Origin: Prevotella sp. CAG:924
Lineage (GTDB): Bacteria; Bacteroidota; Bacteroidia; Bacteroidales; Bacteroidaceae
NCBI GenBank assembly: GCA_000431975.1
Contig: HF988582.1
Location: 1,946 to 65,945 of the forward strand
DNA: 64,000 nucleotides
Direction: 5' to 3'
Shown here: piece after piece, positions 39,118 to 50,066 of the stretch
How positions within the stretch are numbered: the stretch's first letter is position 1
How the letters are laid out: each line of letters starts with the position of its first letter
Position numbers and translations under genes: made by a program
Notes under the pieces: generated by a model
Told to the model about the DNA's origin: nothing
The model's database searches: none
The model's input: the letters and a program-made list of their open reading frames with translations, nothing else

Positions 39118-39438
39118 GTCTTGTTTTTTTCTTTGTGTTTATGATACAACAGCCTGTAAAGGCTGGTAGAATTGGTTTCAGAATGACATAAACGGCCGTT
39201 TGGTCCGTATTTTCTCCGCTTTTCCGCAGCTGCATTATGCTGGTCATAGCAGGACAGAACGTGCAAATTGAAGTAATCTTCTTTAATTAAGGTGCAAAGA
39301 TATAGTTTTTTAATCTTTTATGGGAGCACCTTTACTGAAAAAATTATTATTTTTGTGGTTAAATAACAGTTATTCCGTCTCGGCTCTTATCTTTGTGAAG
39401 TAAGAGACGACGAGAAAACAATATAATGTGGTAAGCCC

Positions 39439-40137
39439 ATGAAGAAAAAAGTAGTGTTTCTCACCGGTGCAGGCATGTCGGTAGAGAGCGGATTCAAAAC
39501 CTTCCGTGGTGAGGATGGCCTTTGGGAAAATTATCCTGTAGAGAAAGTATGTACGCACGAGGCATGGGAGAGAGATCCCGACTTCGTGACGGGCTTTTAT
39601 AACATGCTCCGCAAGAAGCTGTGGGTGGCTCAGCCTAATGAAGGACATCGACTCATCGCGCAGATGGAGAAGGAATACGATGTGTCGGTGCTGACTCAAA
39701 ATGTGGACAATCTGCACGAGAAGGCAGGTTCAACACACGTCATCCATTTGCATGGCGATCTGTCTAAGGTGTGCTCTTCCAACAATCCTTACGATGAGCG
39801 TTATATCAAGCAGCTGACACCGGAAGATAGTGATGTGAAACCGGGAACGAAGGCGGGTGACGGCTCTTTGCTTCGTCCTTTCATCGTGTTCTTCAACGAA
39901 AGCGTACCCATGCTTAATCCTGCTGCCCGAGAGGCAGAGAAGGCTGACGTGTTTGTGATTATCGGTACCTCGCTCAATGTCTATCCGGCGGCCGGTCTGG
40001 TACAGTACACACCGGCTAACTGCCCGATATATCTTATTGATCCTAATCCTGTTACGAATACATTTCGTAATGTGACGCAAATTAGGAAAGGGGCGAGCGA
40101 GGGAATGAAAGAGCTTCTGACGATGATACGTCCGTGA
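39439..40137 (+). CDS. cobB: NAD-dependent protein deacylase, Sir2/CobB family
   Basis: 232 aa with GAGMS...FRG motifs, a conserved catalytic His (LHG) and a Zn-ribbon-less short sirtuin architecture. Confidence 0.85.
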   Translation: MKKKVVFLTGAGMSVESGFKTFRGEDGLWENYPVEKVCTHEAWERDPDFVTGFYNMLRKKLWVAQPNEGHRLIAQMEKEYDVSVLTQNVDNLHEKAGSTHVIHLHGDLSKVCSSNNPYDERYIKQLTPEDSDVKPGTKAGDGSLLRPFIVFFNESVPMLNPAAREAEKADVFVIIGTSLNVYPAAGLVQYTPANCPIYLIDPNPVTNTFRNVTQIRKGASEGMKELLTMIRP

Positions 40138-40497
40138 TCTGGTCCGACATCAAGACAGTGGTCATCTTGCTTATAGGTAGTATTAAGAAAGGTGATAAAA
40201 CTCTTCGGCCTTTTGTGTATCTATCACCCGTCTGTTGAAACGATTCGGGGAGTTGGGCGGCCGGAAAAGGATTTAGAAGCAGAAAAAAATATGCCGGGAA
40301 TCTTTCGTCATACGAGGAAAGCAGGGTATCATTGCAGTGCCGGGTGACAGGCAAGGCGAGGGCCCGGGCCTGGACGGCTAGACTTTTCATGCCCAATGCC
40401 CCAAAGGGTATATCCGGTCCTGACAGACAACACGTCCGGACTGTTGCCTGTCTGTAGGACCGTAGCTTGTAAAGAAAACAGTACGGTTTTTGCCTGA

Positions 40498-40978
40498 TGG
40501 TCTACTTTTCTAGGATGTCTTTTGCAAGGTGTCTGCTGTTCCCGTTGATAAGAGAAAAAGTGTCTAGTGAGATCAGGAAAAGTCAGGAAGATATTTGCAA
40601 GGGCAAAGTATCCATGGAAACTTGGGCAAGTTACCATTGGAATTTTGATGAGTTACCATTGGATACTTTTCCAAATATCCAATGGTAACTTTTCTGGGAT
40701 ATAGTCATTTTGTCAACTTATTGATTTTCAGTGTCTTGAAAAACTGCAAGTAAACGGGGCAACAAAGAGGCCGACTGGCGCCGCCTACTGCCTGAAAATC
40801 GGGCTGCCGGACGCTGTAAAGGGGCCTGCAGCGGACCTGGGAAGCTCTGTATTTGGGATTTTTGACTATAAAGAAAAATAGGATAAATTTCAGAGAACCG
40901 TCCACTTTGGACAGGTCATGCTCTGCACTTCCACGACCCTTCCCCTGCCCGGGAAGAGAGGAAGGGCAGCCCGACATC
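40498..40978 (-). repeat. Right copy of the ~490-bp inverted-repeat element (IR-R)
   Basis: Reverse-complement match to 7074-7572, with the iteron array at 40605-40692 and GTAGAC/GCAGAC boxes at its inner end. Confidence 0.8.
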
Positions 40979-41039
40979 CTCCCCGCCATACAGGATCACC
41001 GCCTTATGTAGTCGCCCCTTAAAAAGACCACTTTTGCGG

Positions 41040-41083
41040 GATACTGTTCTGACACAGTATCCCGCATATTTTTGAAGCATGCA
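41040..41083 (+). terminator. rho-independent (bidirectional-looking) terminator just outside IR-R
   Basis: A perfect 12-bp stem (GCGGGATACTGT...ACAGTATCCCGC) is followed by ATATTTTT on the plus strand. The minus strand also has a T run after the stem. Confidence 0.6.
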
Positions 41084-41413
41084 CCCAAGAGCTTTCAGGG
41101 TTCTTTTGAAGTCATAACGCTAAGATCAGGGCTTCTCTCAGAGGCGTGACGGATATCAAATTCTTTCTTTTCAGACTTACTAGACTATATGCATAACTCC
41201 CCTAGGTTTATCGTGTGAGCCTTCGTTTATAGGATATTTCACGTTCTTGTGTCTGAAACAAATATATTCTTTCTTGTGGTCGGCTATATTTTTATCACTT
41301 TATTGTAAATATAGCAAAAATCGTATTTTTTATATTGAAATTGTATAAGTCGTAAAGGTCCTAATGGCTCCTGTTATTGTTTTATATGTGTTGTTTATTT
41401 CTTGATATGAAAC

Positions 41414-41905
41414 TTATATGATGGTATAGACGAGGCGCCCATTAATTCGTTCCGACTTCATAATCACTATATCACGGATCGTCATGCAGGCATCCTCTAC
41501 TTCTATGTCAAGGGGTGTTTCCGTAGGTTGGCGTACGAGGGTAATATGTGGCTGGAAGGGACCGTGACTATAATTGATGCCCCGTTCGTCGAGGGCCTTC
41601 CGCAGTCGGAGTGCCAGTGTCTTCATCTTTTCTTTCCCCTGAATGCCCATCCAAAGCACACGACTCCTGCCGTTGAAACAGCCGAGTTGTCCGGTCGCTA
41701 TGACGAAAGGATCAAATCTTACGGAGGCTACTGCCGTCTTGATGTCATCGATCCTGTCTGTCTCACCGATAAAGACCAGTGTCAGGTGCAGGTTCTCCGG
41801 ACGGGTAAAGTTGCCCCTGATACCCTGTTCCTTGAGGCCCTCTTGGGCATCCAGGATCGAAGCCTTAAAGGCTTCCGTGAAGCGTATGGCGATGAATATT
41901 CTCAT
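41414..41905 (-). CDS. thpR: RNA 2',3'-cyclic phosphodiesterase (LigT/ThpR, 2H family)
   Basis: 163 aa with two H-x-T/S-x motifs (HLTLVF, HITLVR). Confidence 0.8.
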   Translation of the reverse strand: MRIFIAIRFTEAFKASILDAQEGLKEQGIRGNFTRPENLHLTLVFIGETDRIDDIKTAVASVRFDPFVIATGQLGCFNGRSRVLWMGIQGKEKMKTLALRLRKALDERGINYSHGPFQPHITLVRQPTETPLDIEVEDACMTIRDIVIMKSERINGRLVYTII

Positions 41906-42146
41906 GGTTCTTGTGTTTCCTTTCGTTCAGGCAGGTTTTAGAAGAAAGCCCTCTTATGGCTTGTCAGGAACTTTACATGGCTATCTTCAGATATTGTTTC
42001 CGGAAGGTAACTGATAATGCGAAACGGCTGATCGTAGTACTCGGGTTATGCTTCATCCTTGATGGAGAGACCAATAACCGATGTTGTTTAGAGTCTTGGG
42101 TTAGAACCGGATTGTTGCCGTATTTCTTGTTCCGGCATGGCAGTCG

Positions 42147-43625
42147 TTATTCTTCCTCCTCTTCAATCTCTCCGGCGGACTTGGGCAGGCGCATCTTGCG
42201 CTTTGGATTCTCCGTAGCACCATATTTGAGGAGTTTCTTTGCGGAGGTGGTGATGCTCTTGCCGCTGGGTGCGGCACTGTTTTCCAGTTCGGTGAAGGCG
42301 GAGTGTGTCTTGTTGAACAGATCCTCCACCTTTTTCAGTCGTTCCCAGAAGGCCTGTACGCGGTCGATGATTTCGTTGGCCGTCTTCATGATCAGGTCCT
42401 GGTTCTCGGCTTGTCGTTTCTGCCGCCATGTCATCTCTAGGATGCTGAGCATCATGTACAACGATCGGCTGTCGGAGATGATCACATGCTGCTGGTAGGC
42501 GTCCTTCCATAGGTCAGGATCGTTGGTAAGGGCCAACTGCAGGGCTCCGTCATTGGGGATGTACATCATCACGAAGTCGAGTTTCTTGTGTCCCTCCATC
42601 GCGTGCTCATAATATTTCTTGTTGGCCAGTTCTTTCACATGGTTGCGTACCGACTGGATATGGCGTGTGAGGGCCTCGTGACGCTGCTGGTCGTTGTCTG
42701 CGCAGCAGTAGTCGACGTATGCCTTGATCGACATCTTCGAGTCTATGATCACGTCGCGCTGATCGGGGAAGTGGAGAATCACGTCGGGGATCATGCGGTG
42801 ACCATCTTCGCTGAGTACGGGTTGGCCGTTCTCTTTCAGCGTCACCTGTTCCTCAAACTGGATGCCTTCCTCAAAGCCCATGTCCTCAAGCATCTGGCGG
42901 AGCCGCAACTCGCCGAAGTTTCCTTGGGTCTTGTTCTCTGAGGTCAGGGCGTTGGCCAGACGGTCGGCCTGCTGGCCCACCTCCTTGGCTTGTTTTAGGT
43001 TTTCTTGAATCGACTGTCCTAGACGCTCCATGGTGATCGTCTGTTCGCGGTCGCTTTTTTCCACCGCCTCCTTCATCTGACGCAGGTTCTCGTGCAGCGG
43101 GTTCAGGATGGACGAGAGCTGTTCCTTGTTGGTAGAGCTCAGCTCGGCGGCCCGTTCCTTGAGGATGCGTTCAGTCGTCGTCGTGATCTGTTCCTTGATG
43201 AGGCGGGCCTGCTGTTCCAGTTGCTCGTGCTGTTGTTCCTTCAGGTCGTTTAGCGTCTTCTCGTAACGGGTCTGCTGGTCGGCCTTCTCACGGTCGTGTC
43301 GGGCCTGTTGATCTTTCAGGAGTGCCTCCTGGCGAGTCTGTAGTTCTTCCTTCTGTCGGTCAGCCTGTGCGCGCAGCTCGGCCAGGCGGTCCTCGTATTG
43401 TGCTTTTTGATCGGCCAGCTGCTTCTCGGCATATTCTTTTTGCTCAGCCAGTTGTCGGTTGTTCTGTGCCTGCAGTTCGTTGAGGCGTGTCTGCAGGTTG
43501 TCGGCCTGTGTCTTGAGCATGGCGGTGTCGGCCACCGCCTGGGTGATCTTGTTTCGTTGTAGCACGGTGCCGATGAGGGTGCCGATAACGATGCCTGCGA
43601 TGAGTGCAATGATGGTAATAGCCAT
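42147..43625 (-). CDS. rmuC: DNA recombination protein RmuC
   Basis: 492 aa with an N-terminal transmembrane segment, a long coiled coil and the C-terminal RmuC nuclease-like domain. Confidence 0.85.
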   Translation of the reverse strand: MAITIIALIAGIVIGTLIGTVLQRNKITQAVADTAMLKTQADNLQTRLNELQAQNNRQLAEQKEYAEKQLADQKAQYEDRLAELRAQADRQKEELQTRQEALLKDQQARHDREKADQQTRYEKTLNDLKEQQHEQLEQQARLIKEQITTTTERILKERAAELSSTNKEQLSSILNPLHENLRQMKEAVEKSDREQTITMERLGQSIQENLKQAKEVGQQADRLANALTSENKTQGNFGELRLRQMLEDMGFEEGIQFEEQVTLKENGQPVLSEDGHRMIPDVILHFPDQRDVIIDSKMSIKAYVDYCCADNDQQRHEALTRHIQSVRNHVKELANKKYYEHAMEGHKKLDFVMMYIPNDGALQLALTNDPDLWKDAYQQHVIISDSRSLYMMLSILEMTWRQKRQAENQDLIMKTANEIIDRVQAFWERLKKVEDLFNKTHSAFTELENSAAPSGKSITTSAKKLLKYGATENPKRKMRLPKSAGEIEEEEE

Positions 43626-43639
43626 TTAGCTAGTCTTTT

Positions 43640-44515
43640 TTAGTCGATGAATCTTTTTGTGATGCCTCCGTATTCATCGATGCGGCGGTCACGGAGGAAG
43701 GGCCACCAGCGGCGCACCTGCTCGGAGCGTTTCAGGTCGATGTCTACGATCTGCTCCACCTCTTCGTCCTTAGGTGCGCGGTAGAGCAGTTCGCCTTGCG
43801 GACCGGCCACGAAGCTGGAGCCCCAGAAGGGGATGCCGCCCGTGAGGCCGCTGGGATCGGGCTCGAAGCCCACGCGGTTGACCGTCACGACGGGAAGGCC
43901 GTTGGCTACGGCGTGTCCGCGTTGCACGGTGGTCCATGCCTCACGCTGGCGCTCCTGCTCGTCGGGTGTGTCGGAGAGGGCATAGCCGATGGCGGTGGGG
44001 TAGATGAGCAGGTCGGCACCCTTGAGGGCCATCAGACGCGCTGCCTCGGGATACCATTGATCCCAGCAGACGAGCACGCCGAGGCGACCGATGGAGGTGT
44101 CGATGGGCTCGAAACCGAGGTCGCCGGGCGTGAAATAGAATTTCTCGTAGTAGGCGGGATCATCAGGGATGTGCATCTTGCGGTATTTGCCGGCGATGGA
44201 GCCGTCCTTGTCCAGCACTACGGCCGTGTTGTGGTACAGGCCGGGAGCACGGCGCTCGAAGAGAGAGGTGACGATCACCACGCCCAACTCCTTGGCCAGG
44301 GCACCAAAACGCTCGGTCGACGGACCGGGGATGGGCTCGGCTTGGTCGAAGAGGTCCACGTCCTCGGTCTGACAGAAGTAGAGGCCGTTGTGAAGTTCCT
44401 GAAGGACGATCAGTTCTGCTCCCTCATGGGCCAGGTGGGTGATCTTGGTACAGAGACGCTCGATATTGCTCTCGATGTTGGCAGTATTGTGTTGTTGAAT
44501 GATACCTGTTTTCAT
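43640..44515 (-). CDS. carbon-nitrogen hydrolase family protein (N-carbamoylputrescine amidase-like)
   Basis: 291 aa from MKTGIIQQ with a Glu/Lys/Cys catalytic triad pattern (VLQELHN, YRKMH, VLVCWDQW). The long 5' extension in the ORF track overlaps radA and is an antisense shadow. Confidence 0.75.
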   Translation of the reverse strand: MKTGIIQQHNTANIESNIERLCTKITHLAHEGAELIVLQELHNGLYFCQTEDVDLFDQAEPIPGPSTERFGALAKELGVVIVTSLFERRAPGLYHNTAVVLDKDGSIAGKYRKMHIPDDPAYYEKFYFTPGDLGFEPIDTSIGRLGVLVCWDQWYPEAARLMALKGADLLIYPTAIGYALSDTPDEQERQREAWTTVQRGHAVANGLPVVTVNRVGFEPDPSGLTGGIPFWGSSFVAGPQGELLYRAPKDEEVEQIVDIDLKRSEQVRRWWPFLRDRRIDEYGGITKRFID

Positions 44516-44707
44516 GTGATGGAATTTTAATATAGTGTTATTGTTTTCTACAAAAATACTCATTATTTTCGAGACGGCATATCTATAGGCGTTGTTTTTT
44601 GTCTTTTCTCCGGTGGCAGTGTGGTTACTATAAGGAAAAAATAGGATGTATTCATTCTCTTTCTCACTTCTTTTCCTTACTTTTGCAGTAATAAGAGAAA
44701 TGTATCC

Positions 44708-46171
44708 ATGGCAAAGGACAAGACGATGTTTGTATGCTCCAACTGTGGGCAGGAGAGTGCTAAATGGCTGGGCAAGTGCCCGGCCTGTGGACAGTGGGGC
44801 ACCTTCAAGGAGATCCGTGTGGCAGCCGATAATGGCGGGGCTGCGGCAGGCCGTGTGGCGATGAGCGTGCGTGCCCATCGCAGCAGGATGGCCGATGAGG
44901 GGCGTGGCAATCATCCCGTGCGGCTGCGCGACATCACGGCCGGTGCGGAGCCGCGTGTTGATCTTCACGATGAGGAGCTCAACCGTGTGCTCGGAGGAGG
45001 TCTTGTGCCGGGGTCGATCACGTTGCTTGGCGGCGAGCCGGGCATTGGTAAGTCGACGCTCACGCTGCAGACCATCCTGCGGCAGAAGGACATGCGGGTG
45101 CTGTATGTGAGCGGAGAGGAGAGCCTTCACCAACTGAAGATGAGGGCCGATAGGATTATCGGAACTGTAGGACAGGAGCCCGACGGTACAGCCGGGGATG
45201 GAGGTGATGAGCCACTGGCATCCGACTACGACAATATCTTCCTTCTGTGCGAGACATCCTTGGAGAACATCCTCGGCCACATAGACGAGGTGAAGCCCGA
45301 TATGGTAGTAGTCGATTCTATCCAGACCATCCAGACGGAGACGGTGGAGAGTTCTGCCGGCTCGGTGTCGCAGGTGCGTGAGTGTGCGGCCATGTTGTTG
45401 CGCTTTGCCAAGACGAGTGGCGTGCCCGTGATCCTCATCGGACATATTAATAAGGAGGGAACGCTTGCCGGTCCGAAGATCCTCGAACATATCGTCGATA
45501 CCGTCATCCAGTTTGAGGGCGACCAGCATTATCTCTACCGCATCTTGCGCTCGATCAAGAACCGGTTCGGTTCCACCTCTGAGCTGGGCATCTACGAGAT
45601 GCGCGGTGACGGACTGCGTCAGGTGGCCAACCCTTCCGAGCTGTTGCTCAGCGAGGAACATTCGGGCCTGAGCGGCGTGGCCATCAGTTGTGCCATTGAA
45701 GGCGTCCGTCCTTTCCTCGTTGAGACGCAGGCACTGGTTTCCACGGCTGCTTACGGCACGCCGCAGCGCTCGGCTACGGGCTTTGACCAGCGGAGACTCA
45801 ATATGTTGCTGGCCGTTCTGGAGAAGCGTGTCGGCTTTAAGCTGGCACAGAAGGATGTGTTTCTCAATATCGCTGGTGGGCTGCGCATCACCGATATGGC
45901 TATGGACCTGAGTGTCATAGCGGCTGTGCTCTCCAGCAATGTTGATACGCCGATAGAGAGTGGGTGGTGCCTATGTGGCGAGGTAGGTCTGAGTGGTGAG
46001 GTGCGGCCTGTCAGTCGCATTGCCCAGCGCATAGCGGAGGCGGAGAAACTCGGATTTACCGATATCATCGTCCCGGCACAGAATCTCAAGGGCATCAGCA
46101 CGGCGGCATACAGCATACGGCTCCATCCCGTCCATAAGGTGGAAGAGGCGTTGCGCTGTCTGTTCGGATAG
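44708..46171 (+). CDS. radA: DNA repair protein RadA/Sms
   Basis: 487 aa with an N-terminal C4 zinc finger (CSNCGQ...CPACGQW), RecA-like Walker A GEPGIGKST and a Lon-protease-like C-domain. Confidence 0.9.
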   Translation: MAKDKTMFVCSNCGQESAKWLGKCPACGQWGTFKEIRVAADNGGAAAGRVAMSVRAHRSRMADEGRGNHPVRLRDITAGAEPRVDLHDEELNRVLGGGLVPGSITLLGGEPGIGKSTLTLQTILRQKDMRVLYVSGEESLHQLKMRADRIIGTVGQEPDGTAGDGGDEPLASDYDNIFLLCETSLENILGHIDEVKPDMVVVDSIQTIQTETVESSAGSVSQVRECAAMLLRFAKTSGVPVILIGHINKEGTLAGPKILEHIVDTVIQFEGDQHYLYRILRSIKNRFGSTSELGIYEMRGDGLRQVANPSELLLSEEHSGLSGVAISCAIEGVRPFLVETQALVSTAAYGTPQRSATGFDQRRLNMLLAVLEKRVGFKLAQKDVFLNIAGGLRITDMAMDLSVIAAVLSSNVDTPIESGWCLCGEVGLSGEVRPVSRIAQRIAEAEKLGFTDIIVPAQNLKGISTAAYSIRLHPVHKVEEALRCLFG

Positions 46172-46254
46172 CCGGGCCGCACGCAGGAGGGCGAGACGGA
46201 GGTCCCGGCCTGTTCCAAGGATAATAAGTAGTACGTTATTTTTAATTCTATACA

Positions 46255-46908
46255 ATGAAGGATTCCATTATTGTGGTGAGCGGAGGCATGGACTCCATCA
46301 CCCTTCTTTATGATTACAAGGACAGAATTGCATTGGCCGTGTCGTTCGATTACGGTTCCAATCACAATGCCAAGGAACTGCCTTTGGCAGAGATGCACTG
46401 TAAGCGTCTGGGCATTCCTCATATCACCATTCCTCTGATGTTCATGAAGGATTATTTCAAGTCGTCGTTGCTGGAGGGTGCAGAGGCAATCCCCGAGGGT
46501 AATTATGATGAGGAGAACATGAAGTCGACGGTCGTTCCCTTTCGCAACGGTATTATGCTCAGCGTGGCGTGTGGACTAGCGGAGACGCATCATCTCAAGC
46601 ATGTCATGATGGCTAACCATAGTGGCGACCATACCATCTATCCCGACTGCCGTCCCGGCTTCGTCAGTTCGATGTCGGCGGCCATGCAGGCCGGTACCTA
46701 CGACGGAGTGGATATCGTCGCCCCTTACACCAACATCACAAAAGCTGATATCGCACGCATCGGAAAGCGTCTGGGTATCGATTACAGCGAGACATGGAGC
46801 TGCTATAAGGGGGGTGAGCACCATTGTGGCAAGTGCGGCACGTGTCGTGAGCGGCGTGAAGCGCTTGCGGAGGCAGGCATCGATGACACAACGGTCTATG
46901 ACGACTGA
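46255..46908 (+). CDS. queC: 7-cyano-7-deazaguanine synthase
   Basis: 217 aa with the PP-loop SGGMDS and C-terminal zinc-binding cysteines CYKGGEHHCGKCGTC. Confidence 0.9.
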   Translation: MKDSIIVVSGGMDSITLLYDYKDRIALAVSFDYGSNHNAKELPLAEMHCKRLGIPHITIPLMFMKDYFKSSLLEGAEAIPEGNYDEENMKSTVVPFRNGIMLSVACGLAETHHLKHVMMANHSGDHTIYPDCRPGFVSSMSAAMQAGTYDGVDIVAPYTNITKADIARIGKRLGIDYSETWSCYKGGEHHCGKCGTCRERREALAEAGIDDTTVYDD

Positions 46909-47062
46909 GAAGCTGTTGTCCGGACGGTGCGTAAATAATATTTTCGTAATTCAAAAAATAAATAATTCGTCGGGAGTTTTGCTTGCATTATGAGAAATAT
47001 TTAGTAAATTTGCGTGCGTAAAGAAAGACTTCAACAACAATTTAATCATAATAACTAAACAA

Positions 47063-48316
47063 ATGACAATCGATCAATTCAACTTTGCCGGCAAGAAGGC
47101 AATCGTTCGTGTAGATTTCAATGTGCCCTTGGATGACAATGGCAATGTGACTGACGACACCCGTATCCGCGGTGCCCTGCCCACTCTGAAGAAGGTTCTC
47201 GCCGATGGCGGTGCTGTGATCATGATGAGCCACATGGGCAAGCCCAAAGGCAAGGTGAATCCTAAACTGTCACTGAAGCAGATTGTTGGTAAGGTAAGCG
47301 AGAAGCTGGGTGTAGACGTGAAGTTCGCTCCCGATTGCGCTAACGCTGACAAAGAGGCTGCCGATCTGAAGATGGGTGAGGCTCTGCTGCTGGAGAACCT
47401 GCGCTTCTATCCTGAGGAGGAAGGCAAGCCCGTTGGTGTTGAGAAGGGTACTCCCGAATACGACGAGGCAAAGAAGGCCATGAAGGAAAGCCAGAAGAAG
47501 TTCGCCCAGAAGCTCGCTTCTTACGCTGACGTATATGTAAACGACGCTTTCGGTACCGCACACCGCAAGCACGCTTCTACCGCTGTGATCGCTGACTACT
47601 TCGACAAGGATTCGAAGATGCTGGGTTACCTGATGGAGAAAGAGGTTACTGCTATCGACAATGTGCTGAAGAATGCTCAGCATCCTTTCACTGCCATCAT
47701 CGGTGGCTCAAAGGTAAGCTCTAAGCTCGGTGTGATCAAGAACCTGCTTGACAAGGTGGACAACCTGATCATCGGTGGTGGTATGGGTTATACCTTCATC
47801 AAGGCTCAGGGTGGCCATATCGGTGACTCTCTGCATGAGGACGACCTGATGCCCGAGGCTCTGAACGTAATCAAGGCTGCCAAGGAGAAGGGTGTAAACC
47901 TCAGCCTCTCTGTTGCTACCGTAGCAGGTGACAGCTTCTCTAACGACGCCAACCGCAAGGTGGTAGACATCTACAACATCCCCGACGGATGGGAGGGTAT
48001 GGATGCCAGCGAAGAGTCTATCGAGAACTGGAAGAAGATCATCCTCAGCTCTAAGACCATTCTGTGGAACGGCCCTGTAGGTGTGTTCGAGTTCGAGAAC
48101 TTCGCACATGGTACCGGTGAGATCGCTAAGGCTGTGGCTCAGGCTACTCAGGAGAACGGTGCTTACTCTCTCGTAGGTGGTGGCGACTCTGTTGCTGCTG
48201 TCAACAAGTTCGGTCTGGCCGATAAGGTAAGCTATGTTTCTACTGGTGGTGGTGCTATGCTCGAGGCTATCGAGGGTAAGGTGCTCCCCGGTGTTGCTGC
48301 CATCAAAGGTGAGTAA
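47063..48316 (+). CDS. pgk: phosphoglycerate kinase
   Basis: 417 aa with classic PGK motifs ([23 protein letters not shown]). A TAAATTTG -7 box lies at 47005-47012. Confidence 0.95.
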   Translation: MTIDQFNFAGKKAIVRVDFNVPLDDNGNVTDDTRIRGALPTLKKVLADGGAVIMMSHMGKPKGKVNPKLSLKQIVGKVSEKLGVDVKFAPDCANADKEAADLKMGEALLLENLRFYPEEEGKPVGVEKGTPEYDEAKKAMKESQKKFAQKLASYADVYVNDAFGTAHRKHASTAVIADYFDKDSKMLGYLMEKEVTAIDNVLKNAQHPFTAIIGGSKVSSKLGVIKNLLDKVDNLIIGGGMGYTFIKAQGGHIGDSLHEDDLMPEALNVIKAAKEKGVNLSLSVATVAGDSFSNDANRKVVDIYNIPDGWEGMDASEESIENWKKIILSSKTILWNGPVGVFEFENFAHGTGEIAKAVAQATQENGAYSLVGGGDSVAAVNKFGLADKVSYVSTGGGAMLEAIEGKVLPGVAAIKGE

Positions 48317-48463
48317 TAGCCTTATAGGTTAAAAAATAAAGAGAGGCATCGCCCAATCAGCAATGATTGTGTGATGCCTTTTTTTAACTCCTTATAGAGA
48401 TGGTCTAATGATCGGTGGCCCGGTTATTGAAGATGACCGATTAGAATTTAATACCAGTTTTTT

Positions 48464-49702
48464 ATGTTGCGCCAGTTAGTTCTTTCCCTTTGTCTTGTCT
48501 GTGCCCTTTGCGTACATGCACAGCGTTGTGAGATTCTTTCCGATCATATTGCTACGTTGCAGTTGACGGCGGGCGATGATTGGATGGCACCGCCGGTGAT
48601 TAAGCTCGGCAGTGGTGATAAGGTGCGCATCGAGTTCGATGATCTTACACACGAATATCACCGTTACACTTACGATCTGCGTCATTGTGAGGCCGACTGG
48701 ACACCGAGCGAGGAATTGCTGACGTCCGACTATTGTGATGGGTTTGCTGAGGGCAATACCATTGATGACTATGAGGAGTCGTTCAATACCAATCAGCTTT
48801 ATACGCATTACACCCTCGACCTGCCCAATTCGCTTTGTGCCATGAAGATCTCGGGCAATTACGAGGTGATTATCTACGATGAGGACGCCGACCATCAGCC
48901 GGTTGCAAGAGCTTGCTTTATGATCGTCGATCCGGCTATGACGGTAGGAATGACGGCGACGACAGTCACCGATAAGGATGTGAACGGACGCCATCAGCAA
49001 GTAGGAATGGTGGTCAACTACAATAGTCTGCGAGTCAACGATCCTACGACGCAGATTCATACGGTCGTGCTCCAGAATTTCCGGTGGGACAACGCACGCA
49101 TCAATGCGAAGCCACAATATGTCAGTGGTGACGGATTGAAGTGGGATCATTGCCGCGACTATGTCTTCGATGGCGGCAACGAGTACCGTAAGTTTGAGGT
49201 GCTCGACCTTGATCACACGTCCATGGGCATTGAGGAACTGCGATGGGATGGTGAACATTATAACGCTTTCAAGTTCGCTGACGAGCCGCGCCCGAGTTAT
49301 GTTTATGATGAAGATGCCAACGGTGCCTTTCTTATCCGTAACTCTGACAACACGGAGGTGACGACCACCACCGATTATGTGTTGGTCCATCTGAGACTGA
49401 AGGCTCCGCAGCAGACAGCACCTATCTATGTCAATGGTTGGTGGACCTACGACCGTATGCTTCCGCAGTATGAGATGCAGTGGAATCCCGATCGTAACGA
49501 GTATGAGGCAGCGCTATGGCTGAAGCAGGGCTATTATTCTTATCAGTATCTTACAGAACAACCCGACGGTACTTTCGCCCCTCTGCCCTCAGAGGGTAAT
49601 TTTCACGAGACAGAGAATTGTTATGACGCTCTTGTCTATTATAAGGAGCAGGGAGGACGCACCGACTTGCTGGTGGGATGGGGACACATTCGCCTGCGTT
49701 AG
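48464..49702 (+). CDS. secreted DUF5103-family protein (sometimes annotated as T9SS plug-domain protein)
   Basis: 412 aa with a signal peptide and no other recognisable catalytic motif. The family assignment is from memory of the sequence pattern and is tentative. Confidence 0.4.
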   Translation: MLRQLVLSLCLVCALCVHAQRCEILSDHIATLQLTAGDDWMAPPVIKLGSGDKVRIEFDDLTHEYHRYTYDLRHCEADWTPSEELLTSDYCDGFAEGNTIDDYEESFNTNQLYTHYTLDLPNSLCAMKISGNYEVIIYDEDADHQPVARACFMIVDPAMTVGMTATTVTDKDVNGRHQQVGMVVNYNSLRVNDPTTQIHTVVLQNFRWDNARINAKPQYVSGDGLKWDHCRDYVFDGGNEYRKFEVLDLDHTSMGIEELRWDGEHYNAFKFADEPRPSYVYDEDANGAFLIRNSDNTEVTTTTDYVLVHLRLKAPQQTAPIYVNGWWTYDRMLPQYEMQWNPDRNEYEAALWLKQGYYSYQYLTEQPDGTFAPLPSEGNFHETENCYDALVYYKEQGGRTDLLVGWGHIRLR

Positions 49703-50066
49703 TCGTTCGGCTACCCTCGACATTCGGGGTGGCTGGTATGGGATATGTCAAGGTGCGGACGCATGACATGTCGTATGCTCCTATATATAATTAAGGTAAG
49801 GTGGTCCCGCAAGGCATCCCCTCTCATTTATGCCTCCGGCCGCATCATGTCGTGTCATTGTATGTCAATGTCCGAAATGGCGTATAGTCTCCATTTCCTT
49901 GCCTATACTTTCCCATTCCTGGCATATTTAGTATATTTATGCATTCTTTATCAGTTTATATGTATAAATATCGTGAAATATGCAATATTCTGCAAGTTAT
50001 TCTTGGTTTATTCTATGAATATACGTACTTTTGCATGCGAATTTTGTATGAAATCATAGATAAGAC

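Noticed and set aside
7749-40264. 35-bp direct repeats as attL/attR of an integrated element spanning 7.7-40.3 kb
   Set aside because: The enclosed genes (relA, miaB, mutS, lpxL-like, msbA-like) are core housekeeping. There is no integrase or tRNA target.
44516-45661. Upstream 1.1-kb extension of the minus-strand ORF 43640..45661 (673 aa)
   Set aside because: Only the last 291 codons (43640-44515) look like a carbon-nitrogen hydrolase. The extension lies antisense to radA (44708-46171) and has no protein features, so it is a GC-rich shadow ORF.
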